Of a stretch of DNA of 49,426 nucleotides, positions 32,980 through 42,208 are shown piece after piece. The notes beneath the pieces were generated by a model. That model had not been told where the DNA came from and made no database searches. It saw only the letters and a program-made list of their open reading frames with translations. The translations under genes and the position numbers were made by a program. The first letter of the stretch is position 1. Each line of letters begins with the position of its first letter. The DNA is from Thermoanaerobaculia bacterium (lineage in GTDB: Bacteria > Acidobacteriota > Thermoanaerobaculia > Multivoradales > UBA5704), in assembly GCA_044226625.1 (NCBI GenBank), contig JBGAGQ010000051.1, forward strand, positions 1 to 49,426, written 5' to 3'.

Positions 32980-34080
32980 TTAGGAGGGATTCGGACTCGC
33001 CGCCGCGTTGGCCCGATCCGTCGGGGCATCGATCGCGGCATCGAGCCAGCGGGTGTTCTCGCGGCAGATCGTGAGCAGCGCCTCGACGAAGAGGTCGTCG
33101 TCGTTGACCGCCGGGGCCACCTCGAGCGTCTCGCCGCCGTGTTCCTTCCAGACTTCGACGCCGCGGATGCCGAGCTCCTCGAGCGTCTCCAGGCAGTCGG
33201 TCGCGAAGCCCGGAACGATCAACGCGCGACGGGCGCCCTTCTTCGCCTCCTCGGCGAGCACCTGATCGGTCGCCGGGGTGAGCCAGGGGGTGCGCCCGAG
33301 ACGCGACTGGAACGTGACGAGCACGCGATCTTCGGGGATCGCGAGCCGCTCCGCCAGCTTCTTCGCCGTGGCGAAACACTGCGCGCGGTAGCAGAAGCGG
33401 TTCACGTCGCCGATCGAGGCGCAGCAGTCGGCCTTCGCGAGGCAATGCGCGCCCGAGGGGTCGCTCTTCCGGATCTGCCGCTCCGGCAGGCCGTGGAAAC
33501 TCATGAACACCCGGTCGGGCATGGGATCGAGGAACGGCCGCACCCTCGCGGCCCGCGCTTCGAGATAGGCGGGGTGGTCGTAATAGGGCGGCACGATCTG
33601 GAGGTAGGGCGTGTTCCAACGCGTGCCGGCCACGCGCAGGATTTCCTCGATCGAAGAGCCGGTCGCCGCCGAGCTGTATTCGGGGTAGAGCAGGAAGACG
33701 ACGATCCGGCTCACCCCCGCGCCGACCAAACGCTCGATCGCACTCTCGATCGACGGGTTGCCGTAGCGCATCCCGAGCTCCACCCGTACCGCCCTTCCGA
33801 GCCGCCGCTGGACCTTCTCGACCAGCGCGCGATCCAGCACTAAGAGCGGCGATCCCTGCTCGCCCCAGATCTTCGAATACGCCTCCGCGGAGGCGCGCGG
33901 CCGCCGCGGCAGGATCGCCAGCTCCAACACCAGGAACCGCGCGAGCGCCGGGATGTCGAGCACCCGCGGATCGGAGAGGAACTGCCGCAGATACCGCCGC
34001 ACCTCCGGCGGCCGCGGAGCGTCCGGAGTGCCGAGGTTGACGATCAGAAGGCCGACGCGATCGGCGCTGGAATCGAGCAT
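32980..34080 (-). CDS. hemH: Ferrochelatase with internal CX5CCX9C [2Fe-2S] motif
   Basis: NLGTP, FLSDPRV, MRYGNPS, SFHGLP, FQSRLG, DCLETLEE; CLAKADCCASIGDVNRFC. Confidence 0.95.
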   Translation of the reverse strand: MLDSSADRVGLLIVNLGTPDAPRPPEVRRYLRQFLSDPRVLDIPALARFLVLELAILPRRPRASAEAYSKIWGEQGSPLLVLDRALVEKVQRRLGRAVRVELGMRYGNPSIESAIERLVGAGVSRIVVFLLYPEYSSAATGSSIEEILRVAGTRWNTPYLQIVPPYYDHPAYLEARAARVRPFLDPMPDRVFMSFHGLPERQIRKSDPSGAHCLAKADCCASIGDVNRFCYRAQCFATAKKLAERLAIPEDRVLVTFQSRLGRTPWLTPATDQVLAEEAKKGARRALIVPGFATDCLETLEELGIRGVEVWKEHGGETLEVAPAVNDDDLFVEALLTICRENTRWLDAAIDAPTDRANAAASPNPS

Positions 34081-34237
34081 GAGCGAACGTATCGTATACG
34101 CAACGCGGCGCGACCGAAGGCGCCTCGGAAACGCATATCGCCACGCGTCGAAGTCCTCGATTTCCATCGTGATCCCATCGCGCTTCCAACTCGCTTTGAT
34201 CAAGCCGATGCGATGCGAGCCGAGTTCAAAATCCGCC

Positions 34238-34266
34238 TTGACCGGCTGAAATACGCCAGGTAGACT
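34238..34266 (+). promoter_or_regulatory. Putative sigma70 promoter of the second respiratory operon
   Basis: TTGACC-N17-TAGACT, about 110 nt before the second actA. Confidence 0.6.
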
Positions 34267-34377
34267 CCGCCCGCCTTAAAGATCGAGCCAGAGCCGGTAG
34301 TCGTCGGGAGATGCCCTTGAGGAAGGTCTGCAAGCGCTCACGCGTGCAGCTGATCGAACGGGAGCGGGGCTAGGCGC

Positions 34378-35025
34378 GTGGCGCAGATTTTCGAGCGCTG
34401 GACCAATGAGTTGCCGCTGCGTATCGCCGTAGTGGCCCTGGTTGCAGGTGGCCTCGTGATTGGGGGCATCTGGTACTACTTCTCCCCCCAATACACCGAC
34501 GTCGGATATCAACCGGTCCAACCGGTCCCCTACAGCCACAAGCTGCACGCAGGCGATCTCGGCATCAACTGCCTGTATTGCCACGCCACGGTGGATCGGG
34601 CGCCGGCCGCCGTCGTTCCGCCGACGCAGATCTGCATGAATTGTCATCGCTTGGTGAAGCGCGATTCGCCGCTGCTCGCGGCGATCCGCGACAGCGCGTC
34701 GACCAACCGGCCGATGCGCTGGGTGCGGGTCCACAACCTTCCGGGCTACGCCTACTTCGACCATCGCCCGCACCTGCGCGCGGGGGTCGGCTGCGCCTCC
34801 TGCCACGGCCGCATCGATCAGATGGAGGTGGTCGCGCAGGCGCAGCCGCTGTCGATGAGCTGGTGCCTCGACTGCCACCGGAATCCGGCACCTTTCTTGA
34901 GGCCCGCGCACGAAGTGACCAATATGGATTGGACGCCGGGCAAGGATCAAGCGGTCGCCGCCGCTCGCATCATCAAGGAGAAGCGACTGGCGCCGCCCCA
35001 GGATTGCACGGGGTGCCACCGATGA
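34378..35025 (+). CDS. actA: Second ActA pentaheme cytochrome c
   Basis: GTG start MAQIF, TM, QPVPYSHKLH, motifs CLYCH, CMNCH, CASCH, CLDCH, CTGCH. Confidence 0.93.
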   Translation: MAQIFERWTNELPLRIAVVALVAGGLVIGGIWYYFSPQYTDVGYQPVQPVPYSHKLHAGDLGINCLYCHATVDRAPAAVVPPTQICMNCHRLVKRDSPLLAAIRDSASTNRPMRWVRVHNLPGYAYFDHRPHLRAGVGCASCHGRIDQMEVVAQAQPLSMSWCLDCHRNPAPFLRPAHEVTNMDWTPGKDQAVAAARIIKEKRLAPPQDCTGCHR

Positions 35026-38000
35026 TCGAGCCTCTCTCTTCACCTCACGGTGAGCCCGAAGCACTCCCCGCCGAAGGCGGCCCCTGCGGCCCGGGCTGTG
35101 GTTGTTCGCAGCCTCAGCCGCGTGAGCATTGGCGCAGCCTGGAGCAACGGGCCGGCGATCCGGAAGCTCGCGAGTTCCTGGAGCGCGAGTTCCCGGTCGG
35201 CGCCTCGGAGCTGCCTGAAGGGATCGACCGCCGGTCGTTGATCCAGATGCTCGGCGCTTCCGTGGCGCTCGCGGGCGCCGCCGCATGCCGGAAGCCGGTC
35301 GAGAACATCGTCCCCTACGTGACGCCGCCGGAAGAGACGGTGCCCGGCATTCCGAAGCAGTACGCGACCACGATGCCGTTCGGCACCGAGGGATACGGCC
35401 TGCTGGTCGAAAGCCACGAGGGACGCCCGACCAAGATCGAGGGCAACGAGTTGCATCCGGCGACCGCGGGGAGCGCGAGCGCGCAGATGCAGGCGGCGAT
35501 CCTCCATCTCTACGATCCCGACCGCTCGCAGCACGTCCTCTCCGGCCAAGACCCGAAGGATCGAGCGAAGAAAGAAAAGAAGACCTGGGCCGATTTCGTC
35601 GCCGCCTGGAAGACGCTCGAAACCGAGCATCTCGGCGACGGCGGTGCCCGGCTCGCGGTCCTCGCGCCGCCCTCGTCCTCCCCCACGGCGTACCGGCTCG
35701 CCGGTGCGTTCCGCGCTCGGTTTCCGCAGGCGAAATGGGCCTCTTGGGAACCGGTCAACGACGAGAACCGCTTCGCCGGTACGGCGATGCTCGCCGGCCG
35801 GCCGCTCGCGGTCTCCTACGATCTCGGCGCGGCGAAGGTGATCCTGAGCCTCGACGCCGACCTCTTCCTGACCGAGAGCGGCGCGGTCGCCAACGCCCGA
35901 GGTTTCGCCGCCGGTCGCAAGCTCGCTTCGGTCCAGGACGAGATGAACCGGCTCTGGGCGGTCGAGAGCGCCCACACGACGACCGGCGGCATGGCGGACC
36001 ACCGCCTGGCGCTGCCGAGCGGGCAGATCGGCGCGTTCGCCGCCGCGCTCGCCGGTGCGCTCTCCGCCGCGGGCGTCGCCGTCGCCTCGCCGGCTCCGGC
36101 CGCGCCGGTTCCGGGCGTGCCGGCGAAGTTCCTCGGAGTGCTCGCCAAGGATCTCGCGGCGAACCCGGGCGCGAGCCTCGTGGTCGCCGGACGCCATCAG
36201 CCCGCCGCGGTCCACGCGCTCGCCCTGGCGATCAACGCCGCCTTGGGCAACATCGGTAAGACCGTGCGACTCGCCGAGCCGCAGGACGTTCTCGCGCCGA
36301 GCCTCGCGGACCTCTCCGCGCTCGCCGAGGCGGTCGCCGCGGGGCAGGTCACGACACTCTTCATCCTCGGCGGGAATCCCTGCTTCGACGCTCCGGCGGA
36401 TCTCGGGTTCGCCAAGGCGACGGCCAAGTGCACGAACGTCGTCCATCTCGGCCTCGCGGCCGACGAAACGGCGGAGACGGCGACCTGGCATCTGCCCGAG
36501 GCGCATTTCCTCGAGGCGTGGGGCGATTGCCGCGCCGCCGACGGCACGGCGAGCATCGTCCAGCCGCTCATCGAGCCCCTGTTCGGTGGCAAATCGGCGA
36601 TCGAGGTGCTCGCCCTGCTCGCGACCGGCGAAGAGAAGCCCGGCCACGACTTGGTGCAGGAGACCTGGCGGACGATTCTCCCCGCGGCGCCCGACGCGCC
36701 CGACGCGCCCGATCCGGACCTCGCGTTCGAGACGGCGTGGAACCGCGTGCTCCACGACGGCCTGCTCGCCGGCAGCGCTTCGGCTCCGGTGGAGCTCGCC
36801 GCCGCCGCGCCCCCGGCGATCCCCGCCGCGGCCAGCTCCGGGCTCGAGATCTCGTTCCGCCCCTCGCCCGCCGTCCACGACGGCCGGTTCGCCAACGTCG
36901 GCTGGCTCCAGGAGCTGCCCGACGCGGTGTCCAAGATCACCTGGGGCAACGCCGCGCTCCTGTCGCCCAAGACGGCGGAGCGGCTGAAGCTCGGCAACGA
37001 GGACGGCGCGAAGCTCACGCTCGGCGGCGCGAGCGTCGAGCTGCCGGTTTGGATCGTCCCCGGCCAGGCCGACGAAACGGTCGTCGTGACCCTCGGCTAC
37101 GGCCGCCGGGCCGCCGGCCGGATCGGCGACGGGGTGGGCGCGGACGTCTATCCGTTGCGCACGCGCGCGGCGCTCGGCTTCGCGTCCGGCGCCACGCTCG
37201 CCGCCTCGGGCAAGGATCACCGGATCGCCCAAACCCAGGACCACGGCACGATGGAAGGGCGACCGATCGTCCGCGAGGCGACGATCGAGGAGTGGCGCAA
37301 AGAGCCCGCGTTCGCCGCCGAGAGGGTCGAGATACCGAAGGTCGCGCCGCTCTGGGACGAGCACAAGTACGACCAGGGGCCGCAGTGGGCCATGGCGATC
37401 GACTTGAACGCCTGCACCGGCTGCAACGCCTGCGTGATCGCCTGCCAGAGCGAGAACAACGTGCCGATCGTCGGCCACGAGCAGGTCCGGCGCGGCCGCG
37501 AGATGCACTGGCTGCGGCTCGACCGCTATTTCGCCGGCTCGACCGAGAGTCCGGAGATGGTGTTCCAGCCGATGCCCTGCCAGCAGTGCGAGAACGCCCC
37601 GTGCGAGCAGGTCTGCCCGGTCGCGGCGACCGTCCACACCTCGGACGGCCTGAACGCGATGGTCTACAACCGTTGCATCGGCACCCGCTACTGCTCGAAC
37701 AACTGCCCCTACAAGGTGCGCCGGTTCAACTTCTTCAACTACACCAAGGACACGCCCGAGCTGGTCAAGATGGCGGCGAACCCGAACGTCACCGTCCGCT
37801 CGCGCGGCGTGATGGAAAAGTGCACCTACTGCGTGCAGCGCATCCAGCGCGCGAAGATCGACGCCAAGATGGCCGAGCGGCCGGAGAAGGACGGCGACGT
37901 CCGCACCGCCTGCCAGCAGACCTGCCCGACCCAGGCGATCACCTTCGGCGACCTCAAGACGGCGGACGCCCAGGTGAACGTCCGCAAGGCGAACCCGCGG

Positions 38001-38105
38001 AACTACGTGCTCCTCGCCGAGCTCGGCAACCGCCCGCGTACGAGCTACCTCGCGCGCATTCGCAACCCGCATCCGGAGCTCGCCGAAGCGCGGGCGGAGG
38101 CGTAG
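35022..38105 (+). CDS. actB: Second ActB (intact)
   Basis: ATGA overlap with actA; WRSLEQ, Tat signal DRRSLI...[14 protein letters not shown], four Fe-S motif groups, complete tail [10 protein letters not shown]...[13 protein letters not shown]. Confidence 0.93.
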   Translation: MIEPLSSPHGEPEALPAEGGPCGPGCGCSQPQPREHWRSLEQRAGDPEAREFLEREFPVGASELPEGIDRRSLIQMLGASVALAGAAACRKPVENIVPYVTPPEETVPGIPKQYATTMPFGTEGYGLLVESHEGRPTKIEGNELHPATAGSASAQMQAAILHLYDPDRSQHVLSGQDPKDRAKKEKKTWADFVAAWKTLETEHLGDGGARLAVLAPPSSSPTAYRLAGAFRARFPQAKWASWEPVNDENRFAGTAMLAGRPLAVSYDLGAAKVILSLDADLFLTESGAVANARGFAAGRKLASVQDEMNRLWAVESAHTTTGGMADHRLALPSGQIGAFAAALAGALSAAGVAVASPAPAAPVPGVPAKFLGVLAKDLAANPGASLVVAGRHQPAAVHALALAINAALGNIGKTVRLAEPQDVLAPSLADLSALAEAVAAGQVTTLFILGGNPCFDAPADLGFAKATAKCTNVVHLGLAADETAETATWHLPEAHFLEAWGDCRAADGTASIVQPLIEPLFGGKSAIEVLALLATGEEKPGHDLVQETWRTILPAAPDAPDAPDPDLAFETAWNRVLHDGLLAGSASAPVELAAAAPPAIPAAASSGLEISFRPSPAVHDGRFANVGWLQELPDAVSKITWGNAALLSPKTAERLKLGNEDGAKLTLGGASVELPVWIVPGQADETVVVTLGYGRRAAGRIGDGVGADVYPLRTRAALGFASGATLAASGKDHRIAQTQDHGTMEGRPIVREATIEEWRKEPAFAAERVEIPKVAPLWDEHKYDQGPQWAMAIDLNACTGCNACVIACQSENNVPIVGHEQVRRGREMHWLRLDRYFAGSTESPEMVFQPMPCQQCENAPCEQVCPVAATVHTSDGLNAMVYNRCIGTRYCSNNCPYKVRRFNFFNYTKDTPELVKMAANPNVTVRSRGVMEKCTYCVQRIQRAKIDAKMAERPEKDGDVRTACQQTCPTQAITFGDLKTADAQVNVRKANPRNYVLLAELGNRPRTSYLARIRNPHPELAEARAEA
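36687..36713 (+). repeat. In-frame 9-bp tandem repeat (GCGCCCGAC)x3 encoding APDAPDAPD in the second actB
   Basis: Read directly; the last unit ends GAT. Confidence 0.85.
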
Positions 38106-38109
38106 AGCG

Positions 38110-38829
38110 ATGCCCGCGCGAAACGCCCGAAACGCCGGACTCGCCCTGGTCCTCGTCGCCCTGGGCGGCTGCGCCCGCGGCTGCACCTCCAGCCGGCCGC
38201 CGATTCACCTGAACCCGAACATGGACGTCCAGCCGCGCTACGAGCCGCAGGCGGCGAGCGCCTTCTTCTATGACGGCGCAGCGATGCGTCCGCCCGTGCA
38301 GGGAACGATCGCGCGCGGCGAGCTGCGCGACCTCCTGAACGAGGGCCCCTATTGGACGGGCATGACCCCCGAGGGGGAATTCGCGACCGAGGTGCCGATG
38401 CCGGTGACCGACGCCGTGCGCGCGCGCGGCCAAGAACGGTTCGACATCTACTGCGCCGCCTGTCACGACACCCACGGCGACGGCAAGGGCATCCTCTTCG
38501 AGCGCGCCAAGGTGCCGACCCCGACCTTCCACAGCGACCGGCTGCGCCAGATGCCGGTCGGCCAGATCTTCGACACGGTCTCCAACGGCTTCGGCCTGAT
38601 GCCGGCGTACAAGTACCCGATTCCCGTCGCCGACCGCTGGGCGATCATCGTCCACCTGCGCGAGCTCCAGGCGAAGCGCCTCGAGCGGACCGGCGGCCAA
38701 GCGCCCGCGGCGCCCGCGGCGCCACCGGCGACCGAAGCGGCACCGACAGCGGCCGCTGGAGACGCCGCGACGGCGGCTCCGGCCGCGACGCCTGAGGCGG
38801 CGACGCCGCCCACCCCGGGGACTCCATGA
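38110..38829 (+). CDS. actE: Second ActE monoheme cytochrome c lipoprotein
   Basis: Lipobox LGGC, PPIHLNPNMDVQP, CAACH, GLMPAY, DRWAI; Ala/Pro/Thr tail. Confidence 0.88.
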   Translation: MPARNARNAGLALVLVALGGCARGCTSSRPPIHLNPNMDVQPRYEPQAASAFFYDGAAMRPPVQGTIARGELRDLLNEGPYWTGMTPEGEFATEVPMPVTDAVRARGQERFDIYCAACHDTHGDGKGILFERAKVPTPTFHSDRLRQMPVGQIFDTVSNGFGLMPAYKYPIPVADRWAIIVHLRELQAKRLERTGGQAPAAPAAPPATEAAPTAAAGDAATAAPAATPEAATPPTPGTP

Positions 38830-40691
38830 AGAAGAGGCTGCCGCTCGCCGTCCTGGCCGCCGTCGTCGCCCTCGCGGTGACGGCGGGGATCGCCAAGTTC
38901 CTCACTTCACGCGAATATCAAGCCCCTTATCGGCCGACGGCCGCGACTGTCGCGGAGACGCCCCGGGATCAAGGGATCGCCGACGAAAAGGCCGAGCAGG
39001 AGAAGGTCGACCGCGAAAAGCCCTACAAAGAGGTCGAGTATCGCGCCTTCCCGAAGGTCGGCAGCCGCGTCGCGATCTGGATCGTCGCGCAGCTCCACCT
39101 GCTGTTCGCCGCGTTCGTCCTCGCCGTGCCGCTGTTCGCGCTGATCATCGAGTTCATCGGCTACCGCACGAAGGACCCGCGCTACGACCGGCTGGCGCAC
39201 GAGTTCACGAAGCTGCTCTCGGTCTCGTTCTCGCTCACCGCGACGTTCGGCGCGTTCCTCACCTTCCTGCTGATCATCCTCTACCCCAAGTTCACGAACT
39301 ACCTGGTGAGCGTCTTCTCGCTCACCTTCCTGCCCTACGTCCTGCTGTTCTTCGCCGAGGCGTTCTTCCTCTACACCTACTACTACGGTTGGGGGAAGTT
39401 CTCGCCGCGCGTCCACCTTCTACTCGGGCTCGGCCTGAACCTGGTGGGCACGGCGATCATGCTGATCGCGAACGCCTGGGTGACCTTCATGACCTCCCCC
39501 GCCGGGATCTCGGAAAAGGGCGCGCTGATCAGCACCTGGCAGGCGGTCACCAACTACACCTGGATGCCGATCAACATCCACCGCATCATCGCGAACGTCG
39601 CTTTCGGCGGCTCGGTGGCCGCGGCCTACGCCGCGTTCAAGTTCCTCGGCGCCACGACCGACGAGGACCGCGCGCATTACGACTGGATGGGCTACATCGG
39701 CAACTTCGTCGCGATCTGCGCCTTCCTGCCGTTGCCGTTCGCCGGCTACTACCTGGCGAAAGAGATCTACGCTTACTCCCAGACGCTCGGCCTAACCATG
39801 ATGGGCGGCGCCTTCTCCTGGCTGTTCATCATCCAGGCGGTGCTGATCGGCAACCTGTTCCTCGCCGCGAATTACTACCTCTGGCTCGGCATGGGGCGGA
39901 TCGCCGGGGCGGAGCAGTTCCAAAAGTACATCAAGTACCTGCTGATCCTGGTCGCCCTCTGCTTCGCGGTCTGGGCGACGCCGCGCTCGATCATCTCGAC
40001 CGTCTCGGAGGTCCGGGCGATGGGCGGCTCGTCGCACCCCGCACTCGGGTTCCTGGGCGTGATGTCGGCGAAGAACACGGCCGTCAACATCCTGATCCTC
40101 ACCACCTACGTGAGCTTCCTGCTCTATCGGCGGAGCGGCAAGACCGCGACGGTCAAGTGGGCGAAGTCGGGCAACCGCGCGCAGCTTCTGATCTTCCTCG
40201 TCGCCGCCTCGATCGTCATCTTCCTCGGCGTCTACGGCTACTTCGTCGAGGCCGCCGTGCGCATCGCGTTCTCGATCCCGCAGGTGCTCTCGGTCCTGTT
40301 CGCGATGATCGCGGTGACGGTGATCGACGTCTTCCTGTTCAAGAACGCGAAGAAGGCGGGCGAACCGCAGTGGGGAAAGATCGCGCCGGTCTCCCAGTAC
40401 GTGCTGATCTTCATCGCCGTCACCTTCACCTGGCTGATGGGCCTGATGGGCTACGTCCGCTCCGGACTGCGCCAGCACTGGCACGTCTACGGCGTCATGC
40501 GCGACACCTCGCCGGACGCCTTCACGCCGACGCTCGGGTTCGCCACCAAGGTGGTGTCGGTCACCGTGCTGATCTTCTTCCTCCTGATCAGTTTCGTGTT
40601 TTGGCTCGCCTCGCTCGGCGGTAAGAAGGACTGGGAGCCCAAGCCGAAAAAGGCGAAGGGGAAGGCGATCGAAGAAGGAGCCGTCGCGTGA
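38826..40691 (+). CDS. Divergent cytochrome bd subunit I-like (CydA-like) membrane protein
   Basis: QLHLLFAAFVL (His19-like), FFAEAFFLY.YYYGW (Glu107-like), IANAW..FMTSP, NIHR (His186-like), MGYVRSGLRQHWHVYGVMR (GRQPW-like); many TMs; no cydB nearby. Confidence 0.85.
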   Translation: MKKRLPLAVLAAVVALAVTAGIAKFLTSREYQAPYRPTAATVAETPRDQGIADEKAEQEKVDREKPYKEVEYRAFPKVGSRVAIWIVAQLHLLFAAFVLAVPLFALIIEFIGYRTKDPRYDRLAHEFTKLLSVSFSLTATFGAFLTFLLIILYPKFTNYLVSVFSLTFLPYVLLFFAEAFFLYTYYYGWGKFSPRVHLLLGLGLNLVGTAIMLIANAWVTFMTSPAGISEKGALISTWQAVTNYTWMPINIHRIIANVAFGGSVAAAYAAFKFLGATTDEDRAHYDWMGYIGNFVAICAFLPLPFAGYYLAKEIYAYSQTLGLTMMGGAFSWLFIIQAVLIGNLFLAANYYLWLGMGRIAGAEQFQKYIKYLLILVALCFAVWATPRSIISTVSEVRAMGGSSHPALGFLGVMSAKNTAVNILILTTYVSFLLYRRSGKTATVKWAKSGNRAQLLIFLVAASIVIFLGVYGYFVEAAVRIAFSIPQVLSVLFAMIAVTVIDVFLFKNAKKAGEPQWGKIAPVSQYVLIFIAVTFTWLMGLMGYVRSGLRQHWHVYGVMRDTSPDAFTPTLGFATKVVSVTVLIFFLLISFVFWLASLGGKKDWEPKPKKAKGKAIEEGAVA

Positions 40692-41347
40692 AGGTCCCCG
40701 TCCCGCTGAAGATCGCCGCCCTCGCGGTCGCGACGACCGGCTTCTACACCTACGTCGGCCAGTTGGTACCGCAGAAGGAAGTGCATCCGCCGGAGGAGAT
40801 CGCCCTCTCCCAGGACATGAAGCCGGAGGAGATGCAGAAGGTCGGCCGCCAGATCATGGAAGGCAAGGGGCTCTGCCTCACCTGCCACACGATCGGCAAG
40901 TCGTCCGGCCCGTTCCGCTTCCCCGACCTCGGCGGCGTCGGCTCGCGCGCCGGCAGCCGCGAGCCGGGCGTCTCGGACGTCGAGTACCTGGCGCAGTCGC
41001 TGTACGAGCCGAACAAGTTCATCGTGCCGGGCTTCAATCCGGGCATGCCGGAGATCAGCAAGCCGCCGATCGGCCTGACCGACCAAGAGATCCTCGCGGT
41101 GATCGCCTACCTGCAGAGCCTCGGCGGGACGACCACCGTCACCATGCAGACCAAGCTGCCCTGGCAGGCGGGCGGATCCGGTGAGACGGGCGACGCCGGT
41201 TCGGCTCCGGCGACCGATGCCGCGCCGGCCGACGCTGCGCCGGCCGACGGTACCGCCGCGCCGGCGGGAGACGCCGCCCCCGCCGCTCCAACGGACGCGG
41301 CCCCCGCCGACGCCTCCGCGCCGCAGACGGGCGCGGCGGGCAACTGA
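40688..41347 (+). CDS. Membrane-anchored monoheme cytochrome c
   Basis: GTGA overlap; N-terminal TM, CLTCH, YLAQSLYEP..FIVPGF.PGMP; acidic Ala/Pro tail. Confidence 0.9.
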   Translation: MKVPVPLKIAALAVATTGFYTYVGQLVPQKEVHPPEEIALSQDMKPEEMQKVGRQIMEGKGLCLTCHTIGKSSGPFRFPDLGGVGSRAGSREPGVSDVEYLAQSLYEPNKFIVPGFNPGMPEISKPPIGLTDQEILAVIAYLQSLGGTTTVTMQTKLPWQAGGSGETGDAGSAPATDAAPADAAPADGTAAPAGDAAPAAPTDAAPADASAPQTGAAGN

Positions 41348-41380
41348 GATCGCTTCGGAAACCGGGGGGATGACGACCCG

Positions 41381-42208
41381 ATGAGCCTGCCGATCGTCTT
41401 GTGGGTGGTCCTGGCGCTCGCCGCCGTGCAATTCCTGTTGCGCCAGCGCCGCGCCGGCACGTTCCTCTGGACCCTGGTGACCTGGGTCTCCGTCTGGATC
41501 TTCCTCCGCTTCGGCTTCAAGGTGCCGATCCCTCACTCGGTGATCGTCATTTATATGGGGATCGTGACGCTCGCGACCGTCGCCTACGTCACCTCCAGCC
41601 GCGAGCGGCTCCAGGCGTTCTCCGCCCCCCTGATCCGGCTGTGCGTCGAGCCGAAGCGCCGTCCGCTCCTCTACGCGCTCATGCTGCTGATCCCGGCGGC
41701 GGTCGCGGCGCGGGTTTACCAGAGCCTCACCGTCAAGCTCGAGGCGCCCGCCTTCGGCCGCACGATCCACCCGGCGCCGCCCGACTCCGTGACGGTGCAC
41801 GGCAAGCCGTTCGATCTGGTGACGCTCGACAACCCGTTCCGGCCGCTCGAGAAGAGCGACCCGAGCGCGTTCGCCACCCACCTCGAGAACGGCCGTCGCG
41901 TCTACTACGAGAACTGCGTCTACTGCCACGGCGACGCCCTGCGCGGCGACGGCATGTACGCCCGCGGTCTGAACCCGATCCCCACCAACTTCGCCGACGG
42001 CGGCGCGATCGCGCTGCTCCAGGAGTCGTTCCTGTTCTGGCGCATCTCCAAAGGGGGCCCCGGGCTCCCCGAGGAAGGGGGACCGTGGGACACCGCGATG
42101 CCAAGTTGGGAAAAGTTCCTTACCGAGGACGAGATGTGGGACGTGATCTTGTTCCTCTACGACTTCTCCGGACAGAAGCCGCGGGCGCGCGAGGGGGTGG
42201 AAAAGTGA
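41381..42208 (+). CDS. Four-TM membrane protein with C-terminal cytochrome c domain
   Basis: Four hydrophobic segments, then CVYCH, LFWRISKGGPGLP, TAMPSW. Confidence 0.88.
   Translation: MSLPIVLWVVLALAAVQFLLRQRRAGTFLWTLVTWVSVWIFLRFGFKVPIPHSVIVIYMGIVTLATVAYVTSSRERLQAFSAPLIRLCVEPKRRPLLYALMLLIPAAVAARVYQSLTVKLEAPAFGRTIHPAPPDSVTVHGKPFDLVTLDNPFRPLEKSDPSAFATHLENGRRVYYENCVYCHGDALRGDGMYARGLNPIPTNFADGGAIALLQESFLFWRISKGGPGLPEEGGPWDTAMPSWEKFLTEDEMWDVILFLYDFSGQKPRAREGVEK

Noticed and set aside
31550-34189. 879-aa ORF suggesting a long HemY or a HemH-HemY fusion
   Set aside because: The first ~400 codons are an Arg/Gly/Ala-rich alternate frame over hemH; HemY starts at ATG 32977 and hemH has its own stop.
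34193-34205. TTGATCAA palindrome as an FNR box
   Set aside because: Lacks the TTGAT-N4-ATCAA spacing; an 8-bp palindrome alone is weak evidence.
34578-35021. N-terminal extensions in the ORF track for actB2 (also 41401-42204, 24610-25470, 20812-21210, 18675-19073)
   Set aside because: Alternate-frame run-ins over upstream genes or intergenic DNA; overlapping start/stop codons or RBS positions mark later starts.
35022-38105. ActB as a catalytic molybdoenzyme (nitrate reductase or NXR alpha subunit)
   Set aside because: Architecture and paralogy match ActB, which has the fold but is not known to bind Mo; no NxrA/NarG gene is in the window, so nitrite oxidation is not supported.
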